Shown piece by piece: positions 8,755-17,882 of a stretch of 64,000 bases of DNA; within the stretch, counting starts at the first letter, position 1; each line of letters starts with the position of its first letter. Source of the stretch: a virus (lineage: Duplodnaviria; Caudoviricetes); IMG/VR virus record IMGVR_UViG_3300025840_004398, one strand, 5' to 3'. The translations under genes and the position numbers were made by a program. The notes under the pieces are model-generated. The model saw only the letters and a program-made list of their open reading frames with translations, made no database searches and had not been told where the DNA came from.

Positions 8755-9046
8755 AGATTTAATTGAAGGTGATGGTACTAAAGTAGAGTTAATCTCTACA
8801 TTGGAACTCTTAAAATTAGAACAAAAGAAAGTTGTTTTAAAAGATTCTGTTATTGGTACTCTAAACATCAAAGTTCTAAACTTAGAAGATATCATTGGTA
8901 AGAAAGATGAACAATTCAGTTTAGAAAGAGAGAAATCTGAACAATTAGAAAAAGAACTAAAAGGACAAAGAAGAAAAACCTTCTTGTATAAGGTAGGAAC
9001 CTACATTGGTGCAGGAGCACTTCTTGTTTTATTAGGAACAAACTAA
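8645..9046 (+). CDS. Signal-peptide, coiled-coil, C-terminal hydrophobic-helix protein overlapping the upstream gene by 110 nt (spanin-partner-like)
   Basis: MRKRILLIILLLVSFKSFS|Q signal peptide, coiled coil, C-terminal YIGAGALLVLLG. Confidence 0.55.
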   Translation: MRKRILLIILLLVSFKSFSQNDTIVSLREPVAKLVIKDLIEGDGTKVELISTLELLKLEQKKVVLKDSVIGTLNIKVLNLEDIIGKKDEQFSLEREKSEQLEKELKGQRRKTFLYKVGTYIGAGALLVLLGTN

Positions 9047-9047
9047 T

Positions 9048-10640
9048 ATGGCTAAACAAAGTTTAAAGGAAATAATAAAAATTGAGTACCAGAAGTGTGC
9101 ATCAGACCCAATATACTTCATGAAGAAGTATTGTATGATACAACATCCTGTTCGTGGTAAAATTCCTTTTCACTTATACCAATTCCAAGAAAGAACCCTT
9201 ACTCAATTTAAAGACCATCGATATAACATTATCCTCAAATCAAGACAGACGGGTATTTCAACTTTAACTGCTGGATTTTCATTATGGAAGATGTTATTTA
9301 ACCAAGATTTTAACGTATTGGTAATTGCAACTAAACAAGAGGTTGCGAAAAACTTGGTTACCAAGGTTCGAGTGATGAATCAGTATTTACCTTCTTGGTT
9401 AAAACAAACAACAGTAGAAGATAACAAACTATCCTTACGATACTCCAATGGTTCTCAGATTAAAGCAACATCTGCAGCAGGTGATGCTGGTCGTTCTGAA
9501 GCACTATCCTTATTGGTATTTGATGAGGCTGCATTCATCGATAAGATTGAAGAAATTTGGGTATCTGCACAATCTACCTTATCAACGGGTGGTAATGCAA
9601 TTATCTTATCTACTCCAAATGGGGTGGGTAACTTCTTCCACAAAACTTGGGTGGGTGCAGAAGATGGTACAAACACATTCAACACTATTCGTTTACATTG
9701 GTCAGTTCATCCAGAACGAGACCAAACATGGAGAGATGAACAAGAGGTACTATTAGGACCAAAAGGAGCAGCACAAGAATGTGATTGTGATTTCGTAAGT
9801 TCGGGTGATACTGTTATCGACCCACAACTTCTAATGTTCTACAAAGAATCATTCGTACAAGAACCGATGGAGAAAACAGGTTTCGATGGAAACCTTTGGA
9901 AATGGGAATACCCAAACTATCAGAAATCTTATATGGTCGTTGCCGATGTTGCTCGTGGAGATTCTGCCGATTTCTCGGCATGTCATGTAATCGATATAGA
10001 AGAATCCTCACAAGTTGCTGAATATAAAGGTAAGTTAGATACAAAAGATTTTGGAAACTTCCTTGTATCTCTTGCTACTGATTACAACAACGCTCTACTT
10101 GTAATTGAAAACGCGAATATTGGTTGGGCAGTAATCCAACAAGTAATTGATAGAGGGTATGGAAATCTTTTCTATATGAGTAAAGATTTAAAGTATGTAG
10201 ATGTAGAAAATCAGTTACATAACAAATACAATAGAGAAGAAAGAAACATGACAGCAGGTTTCTCTACAACTTCTAAAACACGACCCCTAATTATCTCAAA
10301 GTTGGAACAGTATGTTAGAGAAAAAGAAATTACCATTCGTTCTTCAAGAACCATAGATGAGTTATTTACATTTATATGGAATGGTAATCGTGCAGAGGCA
10401 ATGAGAGGATATAACGATGATTTAACGATGTCTTTAGCAATTTCACTATGGGTAAGGGATACTGCACTCAGATTAAGACAAGAGGGAGTTGATTTAACTA
10501 AACAAGCATTGGGTGGTATTGGAGCACACTCATTAGATGTTGCAGGAATGGGATTTGGTGGTAATTCAGCATTAGAAGAAAATCCTTGGAATATGAGAGT
10601 TGGTGATAGAAATGAAGATTTAACTTGGTTAATTAAATAA
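9048..10640 (+). CDS. terL: Terminase large subunit (T4 gp17-like)
   Basis: ILKSRQTGIST (Walker A variant), LLVFDEAAF (Walker B), STPNG, nuclease ADVARG.S.DFSA, NDDL.M. Confidence 0.95.
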   Translation: MAKQSLKEIIKIEYQKCASDPIYFMKKYCMIQHPVRGKIPFHLYQFQERTLTQFKDHRYNIILKSRQTGISTLTAGFSLWKMLFNQDFNVLVIATKQEVAKNLVTKVRVMNQYLPSWLKQTTVEDNKLSLRYSNGSQIKATSAAGDAGRSEALSLLVFDEAAFIDKIEEIWVSAQSTLSTGGNAIILSTPNGVGNFFHKTWVGAEDGTNTFNTIRLHWSVHPERDQTWRDEQEVLLGPKGAAQECDCDFVSSGDTVIDPQLLMFYKESFVQEPMEKTGFDGNLWKWEYPNYQKSYMVVADVARGDSADFSACHVIDIEESSQVAEYKGKLDTKDFGNFLVSLATDYNNALLVIENANIGWAVIQQVIDRGYGNLFYMSKDLKYVDVENQLHNKYNREERNMTAGFSTTSKTRPLIISKLEQYVREKEITIRSSRTIDELFTFIWNGNRAEAMRGYNDDLTMSLAISLWVRDTALRLRQEGVDLTKQALGGIGAHSLDVAGMGFGGNSALEENPWNMRVGDRNEDLTWLIK

Positions 10641-10643
10641 CTC

Positions 10644-10653
10644 TATATTTATA
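10644..10653 (+). promoter_or_regulatory. Putative late promoter box TATATTTATA followed by an AGGAG RBS (10658-10662)
   Basis: Recurrent motif directly after the terL stop. Confidence 0.55.
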
Positions 10654-10669
10654 CATTAGGAGAATAAAT

Positions 10670-11059
10670 ATGATATCATTACAAGAATTACTTAACGAAG
10701 AAATACACACAGAAGAATATATCGTAGAAAATTATCACGATATTAAAGAATTCTGTGAATTTATGAAAGAATACAAAGATGATATGAATGAGGCAGAGTA
10801 TCAAGGTAGAACAGTAAAACTTGGTAAACCAATGAGAGGTGATGTCAAGAAATTCAAAGTATATGTTAAAAATCCCCAAGGAAACGTTGTAAAAGTAAAT
10901 TTTGGACATGGTGGAACTTCTGCAAAAAAGCAAGGAGAGAAAACAATGAAAATCAAAAAGTCCGACCCTGAAAGAAGAAAGGCATTCAGAGCAAGACACA
11001 ACTGTGATAATCCAGGTCCAAGACACAAAGCAAGATATTGGTCTTGTAGAGCATGGTAA
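10670..11059 (+). CDS. Small basic virion-associated hypothetical protein with an N-terminal Glu-ending tag
   Basis: AGGAG RBS; acidic N-terminus then basic domain KKFKVYVK...KVNFG...RRKAFRARHNC...KARYWSC. Confidence 0.75.
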   Translation: MISLQELLNEEIHTEEYIVENYHDIKEFCEFMKEYKDDMNEAEYQGRTVKLGKPMRGDVKKFKVYVKNPQGNVVKVNFGHGGTSAKKQGEKTMKIKKSDPERRKAFRARHNCDNPGPRHKARYWSCRAW

Positions 11060-11101
11060 AAACAAAATTAATAAAGGTTATAAATTAAAAAACAATAGAA
11101 A

Positions 11102-12832
11102 ATGGCAGATACTTCATTTTTTGGGAGATTAACAAAACTTTTTCGTTCTCAAGCGGTAGTTACTATCGATAAGGATGGAAAACGTAACGTCTTTGATGGT
11201 GATGAAAGACAACAAACTAACTTGTCATCACTTAGAGATAGATACACCAAATTACAAAAATCTTTCTATGAACAAGCAGGTGGTGCTCAATCAATGGCAT
11301 ACCAACAAGTTCGTAGAGAAGTTTTTCGTGATTACGATGCAATGGATAATGACCCTATCCTTGCTTCTGCACTTGATATCTACGCAGATGAATGTACATT
11401 AAAGAATGAATTTGGAGATGTGATGTTAATTCAGTCAGATAATCCAAAAGTTCAAGAAATTCTTAACAACTTATTCTACGATATTCTTAATGTAGAGTTC
11501 AACCTATGGCCTTGGACAAGAAACTTGGTAAAGTATGGAGATTTCTTCTTAGGTTTAGAAGTTGCAGAAGGTAAAGGTATCGTAAACGTTACTCCACATT
11601 CTGTTTACAATACAGAAAGATTAGAAAGAACAGACCCATCAAATCCAAATTCAGTAAAGTTTAAAATTACTGAGGACCCGAATGGTAAAGAAGAATATGA
11701 AAACTTTGAAATCGCTCACTTTAGATTGTTAGCGGATACTAACTGGTTACCTTATGGTAAATCCATGATTGAGAATGGAAGAAGATTGTGGAAACAATTA
11801 TCTCTAATGGAAGATGCTATGTTAATTCATAGAATCATGAGAGCACCAGAAAAAAGAGTTTTCAAAATTGATATTGGTAATATCCCACCAACAGAAGTGG
11901 ATAACTATATGCAAAGAATCATCAACAAGATGAAGAAAGTTCCTTTCATCGATAGAAATACTGGTGATTATAACTTAAAGTACAATATGCAAAACCTAAC
12001 AGAAGATTTCTATCTTCCTGTTCGTGGTGGTGATAGTGGTACATCTATTGATAATCTCGCAGGTTTGGAGTACGCAACAATCGAAGATATTGATTACTTA
12101 AAGAACAAAATGTTTGCAGCTCTTAAAATTCCAAAAGCATATTTAGGATATGAAGAAAATGTAAATGGTAAAGCAACTCTTGCTGCAGAAGATGTGAGAT
12201 TTGCAAGAACAATCGAAAGAATCCAAAGAACACTTATATCGGAGTTATCTAAAATCGCTATTGTTCACTTATACGCACAAGGTATTCAAGATGCAGAAAT
12301 GACAAACTTTGAATTAAAACTTGTAAACCCATCTACGATTTACGAACAAGAAAGAGTAAACCTTTGGTCAGAAAAAGTTAGATTGGCACAAGATATTGTT
12401 GGTTTAAATATGTTATCTAAAGATTGGGTATATGAAAACATCTTTAAAGTTGCTGAAGGTGAACAAGATGAAGAAAGAACTAAAATCCTTGATGATATTA
12501 AAGATAGATACAGATATCGTATGATTGAAGATGAAGGTAACGACCCTGCAATGGATGATGAAGATGATGTAGATGATATTGAAGAATCTTTAGAGTCACT
12601 AAAACAAGAAATCAAAGATAAGGGTGGTAGACCAAGAGAAGGAAATACATATGGTAAAGATAAACACCCATATGGTAGAGACCCTTTAGGTGATAAAGAA
12701 AGAACTTCTAAAAGAAGTAGAACTTCTGAAGAAAAGGCTATAAAAATTATTAATGGTATAGCGGCAAAACGTAAATATTTACATGAAATGAAAGATATGT
12801 TAGATGAGTCTAACATTCTTGATAACGACTAA
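11102..12832 (+). CDS. gp20: Portal protein (T4 gp20-like)
   Basis: YGKSMIE..R..WKQL.LMEDAMLIHRIMRAPEKRVF.ID.GN.P, EDFYLP.RGG..GT.I..L.G, LKIPK.YL. Confidence 0.95.
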   Translation: MADTSFFGRLTKLFRSQAVVTIDKDGKRNVFDGDERQQTNLSSLRDRYTKLQKSFYEQAGGAQSMAYQQVRREVFRDYDAMDNDPILASALDIYADECTLKNEFGDVMLIQSDNPKVQEILNNLFYDILNVEFNLWPWTRNLVKYGDFFLGLEVAEGKGIVNVTPHSVYNTERLERTDPSNPNSVKFKITEDPNGKEEYENFEIAHFRLLADTNWLPYGKSMIENGRRLWKQLSLMEDAMLIHRIMRAPEKRVFKIDIGNIPPTEVDNYMQRIINKMKKVPFIDRNTGDYNLKYNMQNLTEDFYLPVRGGDSGTSIDNLAGLEYATIEDIDYLKNKMFAALKIPKAYLGYEENVNGKATLAAEDVRFARTIERIQRTLISELSKIAIVHLYAQGIQDAEMTNFELKLVNPSTIYEQERVNLWSEKVRLAQDIVGLNMLSKDWVYENIFKVAEGEQDEERTKILDDIKDRYRYRMIEDEGNDPAMDDEDDVDDIEESLESLKQEIKDKGGRPREGNTYGKDKHPYGRDPLGDKERTSKRSRTSEEKAIKIINGIAAKRKYLHEMKDMLDESNILDND

Positions 12833-12854
12833 ATTACCTTAACTTTTATAAATT

Positions 12855-12864
12855 TATATTTATA
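12855..12864 (+). promoter_or_regulatory. Putative late promoter box TATATTTATA
   Basis: Recurrent intergenic motif. Confidence 0.55.
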
Positions 12865-12889
12865 ATAGAGTAATTTTATATATTTGTAA

Positions 12890-13774
12890 TTGGAAATTAT
12901 TAAAATGAGAAAAATTAGACATTCAAAATTTAAAAATACGGGTTTTCTGTTTGAAATACTAACCCGTCAGATTACACTCGAAGTCTTGAATGGTGGTGAC
13001 GAAAAAGCTAAAGAAATCGTAAGAGAATTCTTTGGTGGAAAAACTGAACTTGCCAAAGAACTTCGTTTGTTTAATCTATTAATTAACGAAAAATATAACT
13101 CAGAAACCAAAGCTGAAAAATTTATTGATGCTATATTAGAAGCACACACTAAAATCAATTACTCAAAACTTAAAAGAGAAAAATTCAATCTTGTTAAATC
13201 AATTAAAGAAACTTTTGAGATTGATAATCTTTTATCTTCACCTGTTACCAATTATAAAATACTTGCTTCTATTCATAAATTATTCGAAGGTAAAAAGAAC
13301 GATATTCTTGATGTAAAAGATATATTTGATTCTAAACTTACTATCGTTGAACATATTTCCAACTCAACTCCATCTCTTAAACAAAAAGAGGATAAACTTG
13401 TTGAAGATTACAAAAAACAAGAAAAAGATTTAAGATTACTCACTTACAAAATTCTTGTAGAAACTTTCAACAACAAATATACTAATTTAAATGATTCACA
13501 AAAATCATTATTAAGAGAGTATATTAACAACATTACTAATACATCGAAATTCGGTGAGTACTTTGAGAAAGAATTGATTAGTACAATCACAGAATTACAC
13601 GATTTGTATAAAGGAATGAAGGATAAGATTACAAAAATTAAATTGCGTGAAACTATTAATGTTTTGAAAAAACAAAAACTCGGTAAAAAAATTACTGATG
13701 AACAAGTTTCAGCTTTAATGATGTCTTATGAATTAGTAAAGGAGATAAAAAGTGTCAATGGAAAGATATCTTAA
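12890..13774 (+). CDS. Helical hypothetical protein in the head module (start may be MRKIRHSKF at 12905)
   Basis: 294-aa ORF between portal and prohead protease. Confidence 0.75.
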   Translation: MEIIKMRKIRHSKFKNTGFLFEILTRQITLEVLNGGDEKAKEIVREFFGGKTELAKELRLFNLLINEKYNSETKAEKFIDAILEAHTKINYSKLKREKFNLVKSIKETFEIDNLLSSPVTNYKILASIHKLFEGKKNDILDVKDIFDSKLTIVEHISNSTPSLKQKEDKLVEDYKKQEKDLRLLTYKILVETFNNKYTNLNDSQKSLLREYINNITNTSKFGEYFEKELISTITELHDLYKGMKDKITKIKLRETINVLKKQKLGKKITDEQVSALMMSYELVKEIKSVNGKIS

Positions 13775-14462
13775 TGAACTTATCGATGAACTAATTCAAG
13801 AAATTGAACAAGAATTAGATGAAACAAATGCAACAGGCAATATTGCTGGGTATAATGTGCCTGGTGCTTTTTCTAATGGTGGTTCTAAAGATAAAAAAAG
13901 AAAGAAAAAAATCTCAACTCAATTTGGAATGAAAATTGTTGGTAAAATCGATGAAGATGGAATCAACGAAGCAATAACAAAAATCTCTTCTTCTAACTTT
14001 AAAAAACTTGAAGCAGGTATTAAGAAAATAAACCCAAGAATTAAAATTTCTTTAAACTCATCTGCACCTGGTGGATTTGAAATCCAAATACCAGATGATA
14101 GTAAATGGGAACTACATACTGATAAAGTTCAACAACTAACTACCAAAATTACAGGTGACCATAGAAATGGTAGAATCTTTTACGAAGGTATCAATGAAGC
14201 TAAAGTAAAAAGACCAGTAAATCGTTGGTTAGAATTAAAAAACGATGAAACCATGCATCCTCACAAGAAGATGGCAATGGGTTTAAAAGAATTAAAATAC
14301 CAATTACGAGAAGTAGAGAAGTTTTTCTCTTGGTACAATAAAATCAAAACCATGAACGAGTTGGACTCTCAGAACTATTGGAAAAGAACAAATAATCATA
14401 TTTATAAGATAAAGGAGAGGTTAATCAACATCGCCAAAACTATAAAGGAAATCGAAAAATGA
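13752..14462 (+). CDS. Head-module hypothetical protein with several (L/I)xE-delimited segments
   Basis: AGGAG upstream; ELDE|TNATGNIAGY, GINE|AIT, GINE|AKV. Confidence 0.7.
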   Translation: MSMERYLNELIDELIQEIEQELDETNATGNIAGYNVPGAFSNGGSKDKKRKKKISTQFGMKIVGKIDEDGINEAITKISSSNFKKLEAGIKKINPRIKISLNSSAPGGFEIQIPDDSKWELHTDKVQQLTTKITGDHRNGRIFYEGINEAKVKRPVNRWLELKNDETMHPHKKMAMGLKELKYQLREVEKFFSWYNKIKTMNELDSQNYWKRTNNHIYKIKERLINIAKTIKEIEK

Positions 14463-14779
14463 AAATATCAAGAGATAGATTAAAAGAAATCGTTAGAGAA
14501 GTGATGGTTGAAGAAACCGAATATCAAGCATTCTTCAAAAAAGCATTAGAAAAAGCTGGAAAATCAATTCCACAAATGTCTGATGAAGAAAAGAAGGCAT
14601 TCTTTAATAAAATCGATGCTACTTGGAAAGGTAGAGGAGAAAAGAACGAAAGATTTGGTAGAGGGCACGAAGGACCTACATTTGGTTCTGCAGATGAACA
14701 AGTATCTGAATTAACAGATGCTCAGAAAAAACTACCACCAGCACTTCAAAAGGCAATTGAGAAAAAAGAAAAAAAATAA
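14459..14779 (+). CDS. Head-module hypothetical protein
   Basis: 106 aa, 4-nt overlap with the upstream stop (ATGA). Confidence 0.7.
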   Translation: MKISRDRLKEIVREVMVEETEYQAFFKKALEKAGKSIPQMSDEEKKAFFNKIDATWKGRGEKNERFGRGHEGPTFGSADEQVSELTDAQKKLPPALQKAIEKKEKK

Positions 14780-14956
14780 ATGACAAAAAGACAATTGTAT
14801 GATATTATCAATGAAGAAATCGTTAATGTTAAAAAAGGCAAGATTAACGAGGAAATCACGAATGAAGATGAAAAACTCATTCGTGAATTGATACGTCAAG
14901 AGGTATCTGCAATTTTCTTTGATTTGTTTAAGAAACGTAAAATGTGGGGAGCATAA
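14780..14956 (+). CDS. 58-aa hypothetical protein (MTKRQLYDIINEEIVNVKKGKINEEITNEDEKLIRELIRQEVSAIFFDLFKKRKMWGA); not in the supplied ORF track
   Basis: Translated by hand; abuts the upstream stop, and its TAA overlaps the next ATG (TAATG). Confidence 0.7.
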   Translation: MTKRQLYDIINEEIVNVKKGKINEEITNEDEKLIRELIRQEVSAIFFDLFKKRKMWGA

Positions 14957-15546
14957 TGAGTAACTTACTAATAGAAACCAGATTATTCGAAGGTAGAGTA
15001 AACGAAGATAGTAGTGGAAGAACTATTGTTAAGGGTATTTTACAAAGAGCTGGTGCAGAAAATCAAAATGGGAGAATCTATCCAAAGGATATTCTTGAAA
15101 GAGAAGCTCAAAAGTACGAAACTCTTATCAAAGAAAGACGTGCTCTTGGTGAATTAGACCATCCTGATTCTTCAGTCATCAACCTAAAGAACGTATCTCA
15201 CAATGTAAGAGAGATTCATTGGGATGGTGATGATTTAGTTGGTACAGTAGAGATATTACCTACACCAAGTGGAAACATCTTAAAAGAATTATTAAAAGCA
15301 GGTATCCTATTAGGTATATCATCTCGTGGTATGGGTTCAGTAGAACCACTATCAGGTGGTAAAGTACAAGTAGGAGAAGATTTTGAGTTAATAGGTTGGG
15401 ATTTTGTATCTAACCCATCAACTCATGGTGCTTTCATGACACCAATGAACGAATCGATTAATAAACAATTAAAAGAACAAGTTGTTTGTGGCGATTATTG
15501 TAAAGCACAAGATATGATGAGAGAAATTATAACTGAATTAAGTTAA
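14956..15546 (+). CDS. gp21: Prohead core protease (T4 gp21-like)
   Basis: LLIE N-terminus, G.LQRA...NQNGR.YP, ALGELDHP, VSH, GISSRG.GS, DFVSNPS; start moved to the ATG at 14956. Confidence 0.93.
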   Translation: MSNLLIETRLFEGRVNEDSSGRTIVKGILQRAGAENQNGRIYPKDILEREAQKYETLIKERRALGELDHPDSSVINLKNVSHNVREIHWDGDDLVGTVEILPTPSGNILKELLKAGILLGISSRGMGSVEPLSGGKVQVGEDFELIGWDFVSNPSTHGAFMTPMNESINKQLKEQVVCGDYCKAQDMMREIITELS

Positions 15547-15548
15547 TT

Positions 15549-15737
15549 ATGGCATTTTCAATACAAGACTATATGTCTAAAAATAAAATTAAGTTAGGAA
15601 CTGTTACCAAAGAAGTTGGTGATAATCCCTATAAAGGTTACAATGATATTCGTAAAACGAATTATGATGTAAAACTAACTGAAGATGGGAAGTTAGACCT
15701 TTACACACACAAAACTGAAACAAAAACATATAAATAG
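15549..15737 (+). CDS. 62-aa hypothetical protein
   Basis: ORF 2 nt after the protease stop with typical codon usage. Confidence 0.6.
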   Translation: MAFSIQDYMSKNKIKLGTVTKEVGDNPYKGYNDIRKTNYDVKLTEDGKLDLYTHKTETKTYK

Positions 15738-15745
15738 GAGTAAAT

Positions 15746-15889
15746 ATGTCAGATTTAACATTAGGTGGTTCAAAGACACATCAAGGAAATAACACAACAC
15801 ATACAGATTCATCTATTGGTGGAAGTAAGACACATAAGGGATATCAGGCATCTCATTCCCCTTCCACACTTGGTGGTTCAAAAAAGTAA
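15746..15889 (+). CDS. 47-aa peptide with three (L/I)GGSK repeats (MSDLTLGGSKTHQGNNTTHTDSSIGGSKTHKGYQASHSPSTLGGSKK); not in the supplied ORF track
   Basis: Translated by hand; AGGAG at 15736-15740; fills the gap between 15737 and 15909. Confidence 0.7.
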   Translation: MSDLTLGGSKTHQGNNTTHTDSSIGGSKTHKGYQASHSPSTLGGSKK

Positions 15890-15908
15890 TTTTAAATAGG
15901 ATAGGATT

Positions 15909-16712
15909 ATGATTAAATTAGGTGGATTAGTAACGTTAAAACCAATCAATGAGGTAGAATATACCCACATTGGATATGGTAAATATAAAGAAAAGGGTAA
16001 AGAAAAAGACCCTCAAGCAGTAACCTATCAAAAAGATGATAATGGTAAATTCACACCTATTTCATCACACGCAGCGGCAGCGAAGGGAGGTGATTCCTCT
16101 GCCGGAAAAGATAAGCCTAAAGTGAATATCTTCGATAAACCTAAAAAAGATAAAGAAGAACCTAAGAAAGATGGTGGTGATGACATATCAACTCCTAATT
16201 CAGTAGCAGGAACTGGTCAAGCAGACCCTAATGTTAATAAGGCAGTTCGTAAAGCAGCTCAGAAAGCTGGAATTACTCCAGGAAAATTAGGTAAAGAAGA
16301 ATACGAAAAGAAAATGGCTCAAGCAGCATATGAAGCCCTAACTGATGCTAACTTCCATACTGAAGCAAGATGGTTGATTGCAGATTTAGAAGGTAAACCA
16401 GAGTTAAGAGAGAAGCCAGAATATCCATCCTTTGATGATAAAGATTATGATGAAAAAATAAAAGCAATTAGAGATAAGTACTATTCTCAATATGCAGATG
16501 ATGTTGATGAAGATGCATATGAATTAGGAGTTAAATCATCTCAAGAAGCTGGATGGGCTGGTGCTACTGCAATTGAAGGTTTGGTATTCGATTTGAAAAT
16601 GAATGGTTCACATAAATTAGCAAACACAATATTAAAATCTTTCAAAGATGCAAATTCATCTCGTAACGAAGGAAGATTAAAAATAGGAAACTTATTACCA
16701 GAGGTAAATTAA
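15909..16712 (+). CDS. Head-module hypothetical protein with an N-terminal tag (MIKLGGLVTLKPINE)
   Basis: 267-aa ORF, charged low-complexity segments. Confidence 0.75.
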   Translation: MIKLGGLVTLKPINEVEYTHIGYGKYKEKGKEKDPQAVTYQKDDNGKFTPISSHAAAAKGGDSSAGKDKPKVNIFDKPKKDKEEPKKDGGDDISTPNSVAGTGQADPNVNKAVRKAAQKAGITPGKLGKEEYEKKMAQAAYEALTDANFHTEARWLIADLEGKPELREKPEYPSFDDKDYDEKIKAIRDKYYSQYADDVDEDAYELGVKSSQEAGWAGATAIEGLVFDLKMNGSHKLANTILKSFKDANSSRNEGRLKIGNLLPEVN

Positions 16713-16713
16713 A

Positions 16714-17100
16714 ATGATAAAATTAAAATCACTTATTCAAGAAGGAACTCATTCTCATGTTGGTATTATTGAACCAAATGGAAAGATTACTTCTGTTTAT
16801 ACTCATTACGATGGTTATCCTGAAAACATGAAACCTGCAATTAAACACCATTTTAAATCTGATAAAGATGTAAAAAATTATATCAAAAAAGGTGGTGCTA
16901 CTGGTATTTACAAAGACAAAGAAGTAGATAGATACTATGGAAGTGGGGGATTTGTTGCAAATGGAAGAGTAAATAATATTAGTGATTATATGCAACAAGC
17001 AGATGAAAAAGGTGGAGCCGATTGGATTTATCTTTATAATACTGCTAAAAAGAAATGGTTTTATGGTAAATATGGAAAACCACTAAAACCACTATACTAA
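16714..17100 (+). CDS. Small protein with a YxHYDGYP motif behind an N-terminal tag (MIKLKSLIQE)
   Basis: GTHSHVGII...SVYTHYDGYP...GADWIYLY motifs. Confidence 0.75.
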   Translation: MIKLKSLIQEGTHSHVGIIEPNGKITSVYTHYDGYPENMKPAIKHHFKSDKDVKNYIKKGGATGIYKDKEVDRYYGSGGFVANGRVNNISDYMQQADEKGGADWIYLYNTAKKKWFYGKYGKPLKPLY

Positions 17101-17113
17101 AAGGAGAATAGAA

Positions 17114-17872
17114 ATGAAATTAACCCAACTCATAAAAGAAAATGAAGAAAGACCTTTATCTACTGAGGTAAAGAGACACTTCCTTGAAATCGTTTCTACT
17201 TACAACAAGTACCAAGAATCGATGGATAGAAAATCTGATATTATCAAAGTAGCAGAAACCCTTGGTGGTATTACTGAAGCTGCTAGAACACTTGCAATCA
17301 AAGAAGCAGGAGATTGGTTCGATAAACACACAGTTAAGAGAAACATGAGTGAATTGGATAAGTTGGGTAAACAATTCGATAAAGTTGCTCTTGAGGCTCG
17401 TGCACTTGACCAAAGAATGGCAGGATTGTACGAAGATATGGGACATATCCTTTCAAGATACTATAAGTTTGGTGAAATCACAGAGGACCAAATGAAACAA
17501 AGATTAGGTATCAAAGAATCTAAAGATGGTGGTTGTGGATGTGGATGTGGCTGTGGTGGTAACAAATCAGTAAACGAAGAAACAATCACAGAGCAACCAG
17601 TAATGATTTCTAAAAGAACAGAAAGTGGAAACATTGTAACTACTTTAAAAGAAGTATCTGATTTAAACGAAGAAGAAGTTAAACTTTATGAGTTTGGTTT
17701 AAAGGTTGAAAAAGTATTGATGAGTGAAAAATCTTGTCCAACTGATGCTTCTAAATGGTCTTACTACAAAGGACAAGCTAAAAAGAAATTCGATGTTTAT
17801 CCATCTGCATACGCTAATGGTTGGGCTGCAAAACAATACAAATCAGCTGGAGGTGGTTGGAAAAACTGTTAA
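17114..17872 (+). CDS. Head-module protein: helical domain, GCGCGCGC segment, C-terminal basic YPSAYANGW module
   Basis: AGGAG RBS; MKLTQLIKE tag; KFDVYPSAYANGWAAKQYK..GGGW. Confidence 0.8.
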   Translation: MKLTQLIKENEERPLSTEVKRHFLEIVSTYNKYQESMDRKSDIIKVAETLGGITEAARTLAIKEAGDWFDKHTVKRNMSELDKLGKQFDKVALEARALDQRMAGLYEDMGHILSRYYKFGEITEDQMKQRLGIKESKDGGCGCGCGCGGNKSVNEETITEQPVMISKRTESGNIVTTLKEVSDLNEEEVKLYEFGLKVEKVLMSEKSCPTDASKWSYYKGQAKKKFDVYPSAYANGWAAKQYKSAGGGWKNC

Positions 17873-17882
17873 GGAGAGAACA

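Noticed and set aside
9220-9270. Terminase Walker A lacks the canonical Lys (SRQTGIST) and might be inactive
   Set aside because: A Lys lies just upstream (LKSRQ), deviant Walker A motifs of this type occur in terminases, and Walker B, the coupling motif and nuclease residues are intact
17724-17882. N-terminal 53 codons of the 687-aa track ORF
   Set aside because: They overlap the upstream gene; an AGGAG sits 6 nt before the ATG at 17883, which is the better start
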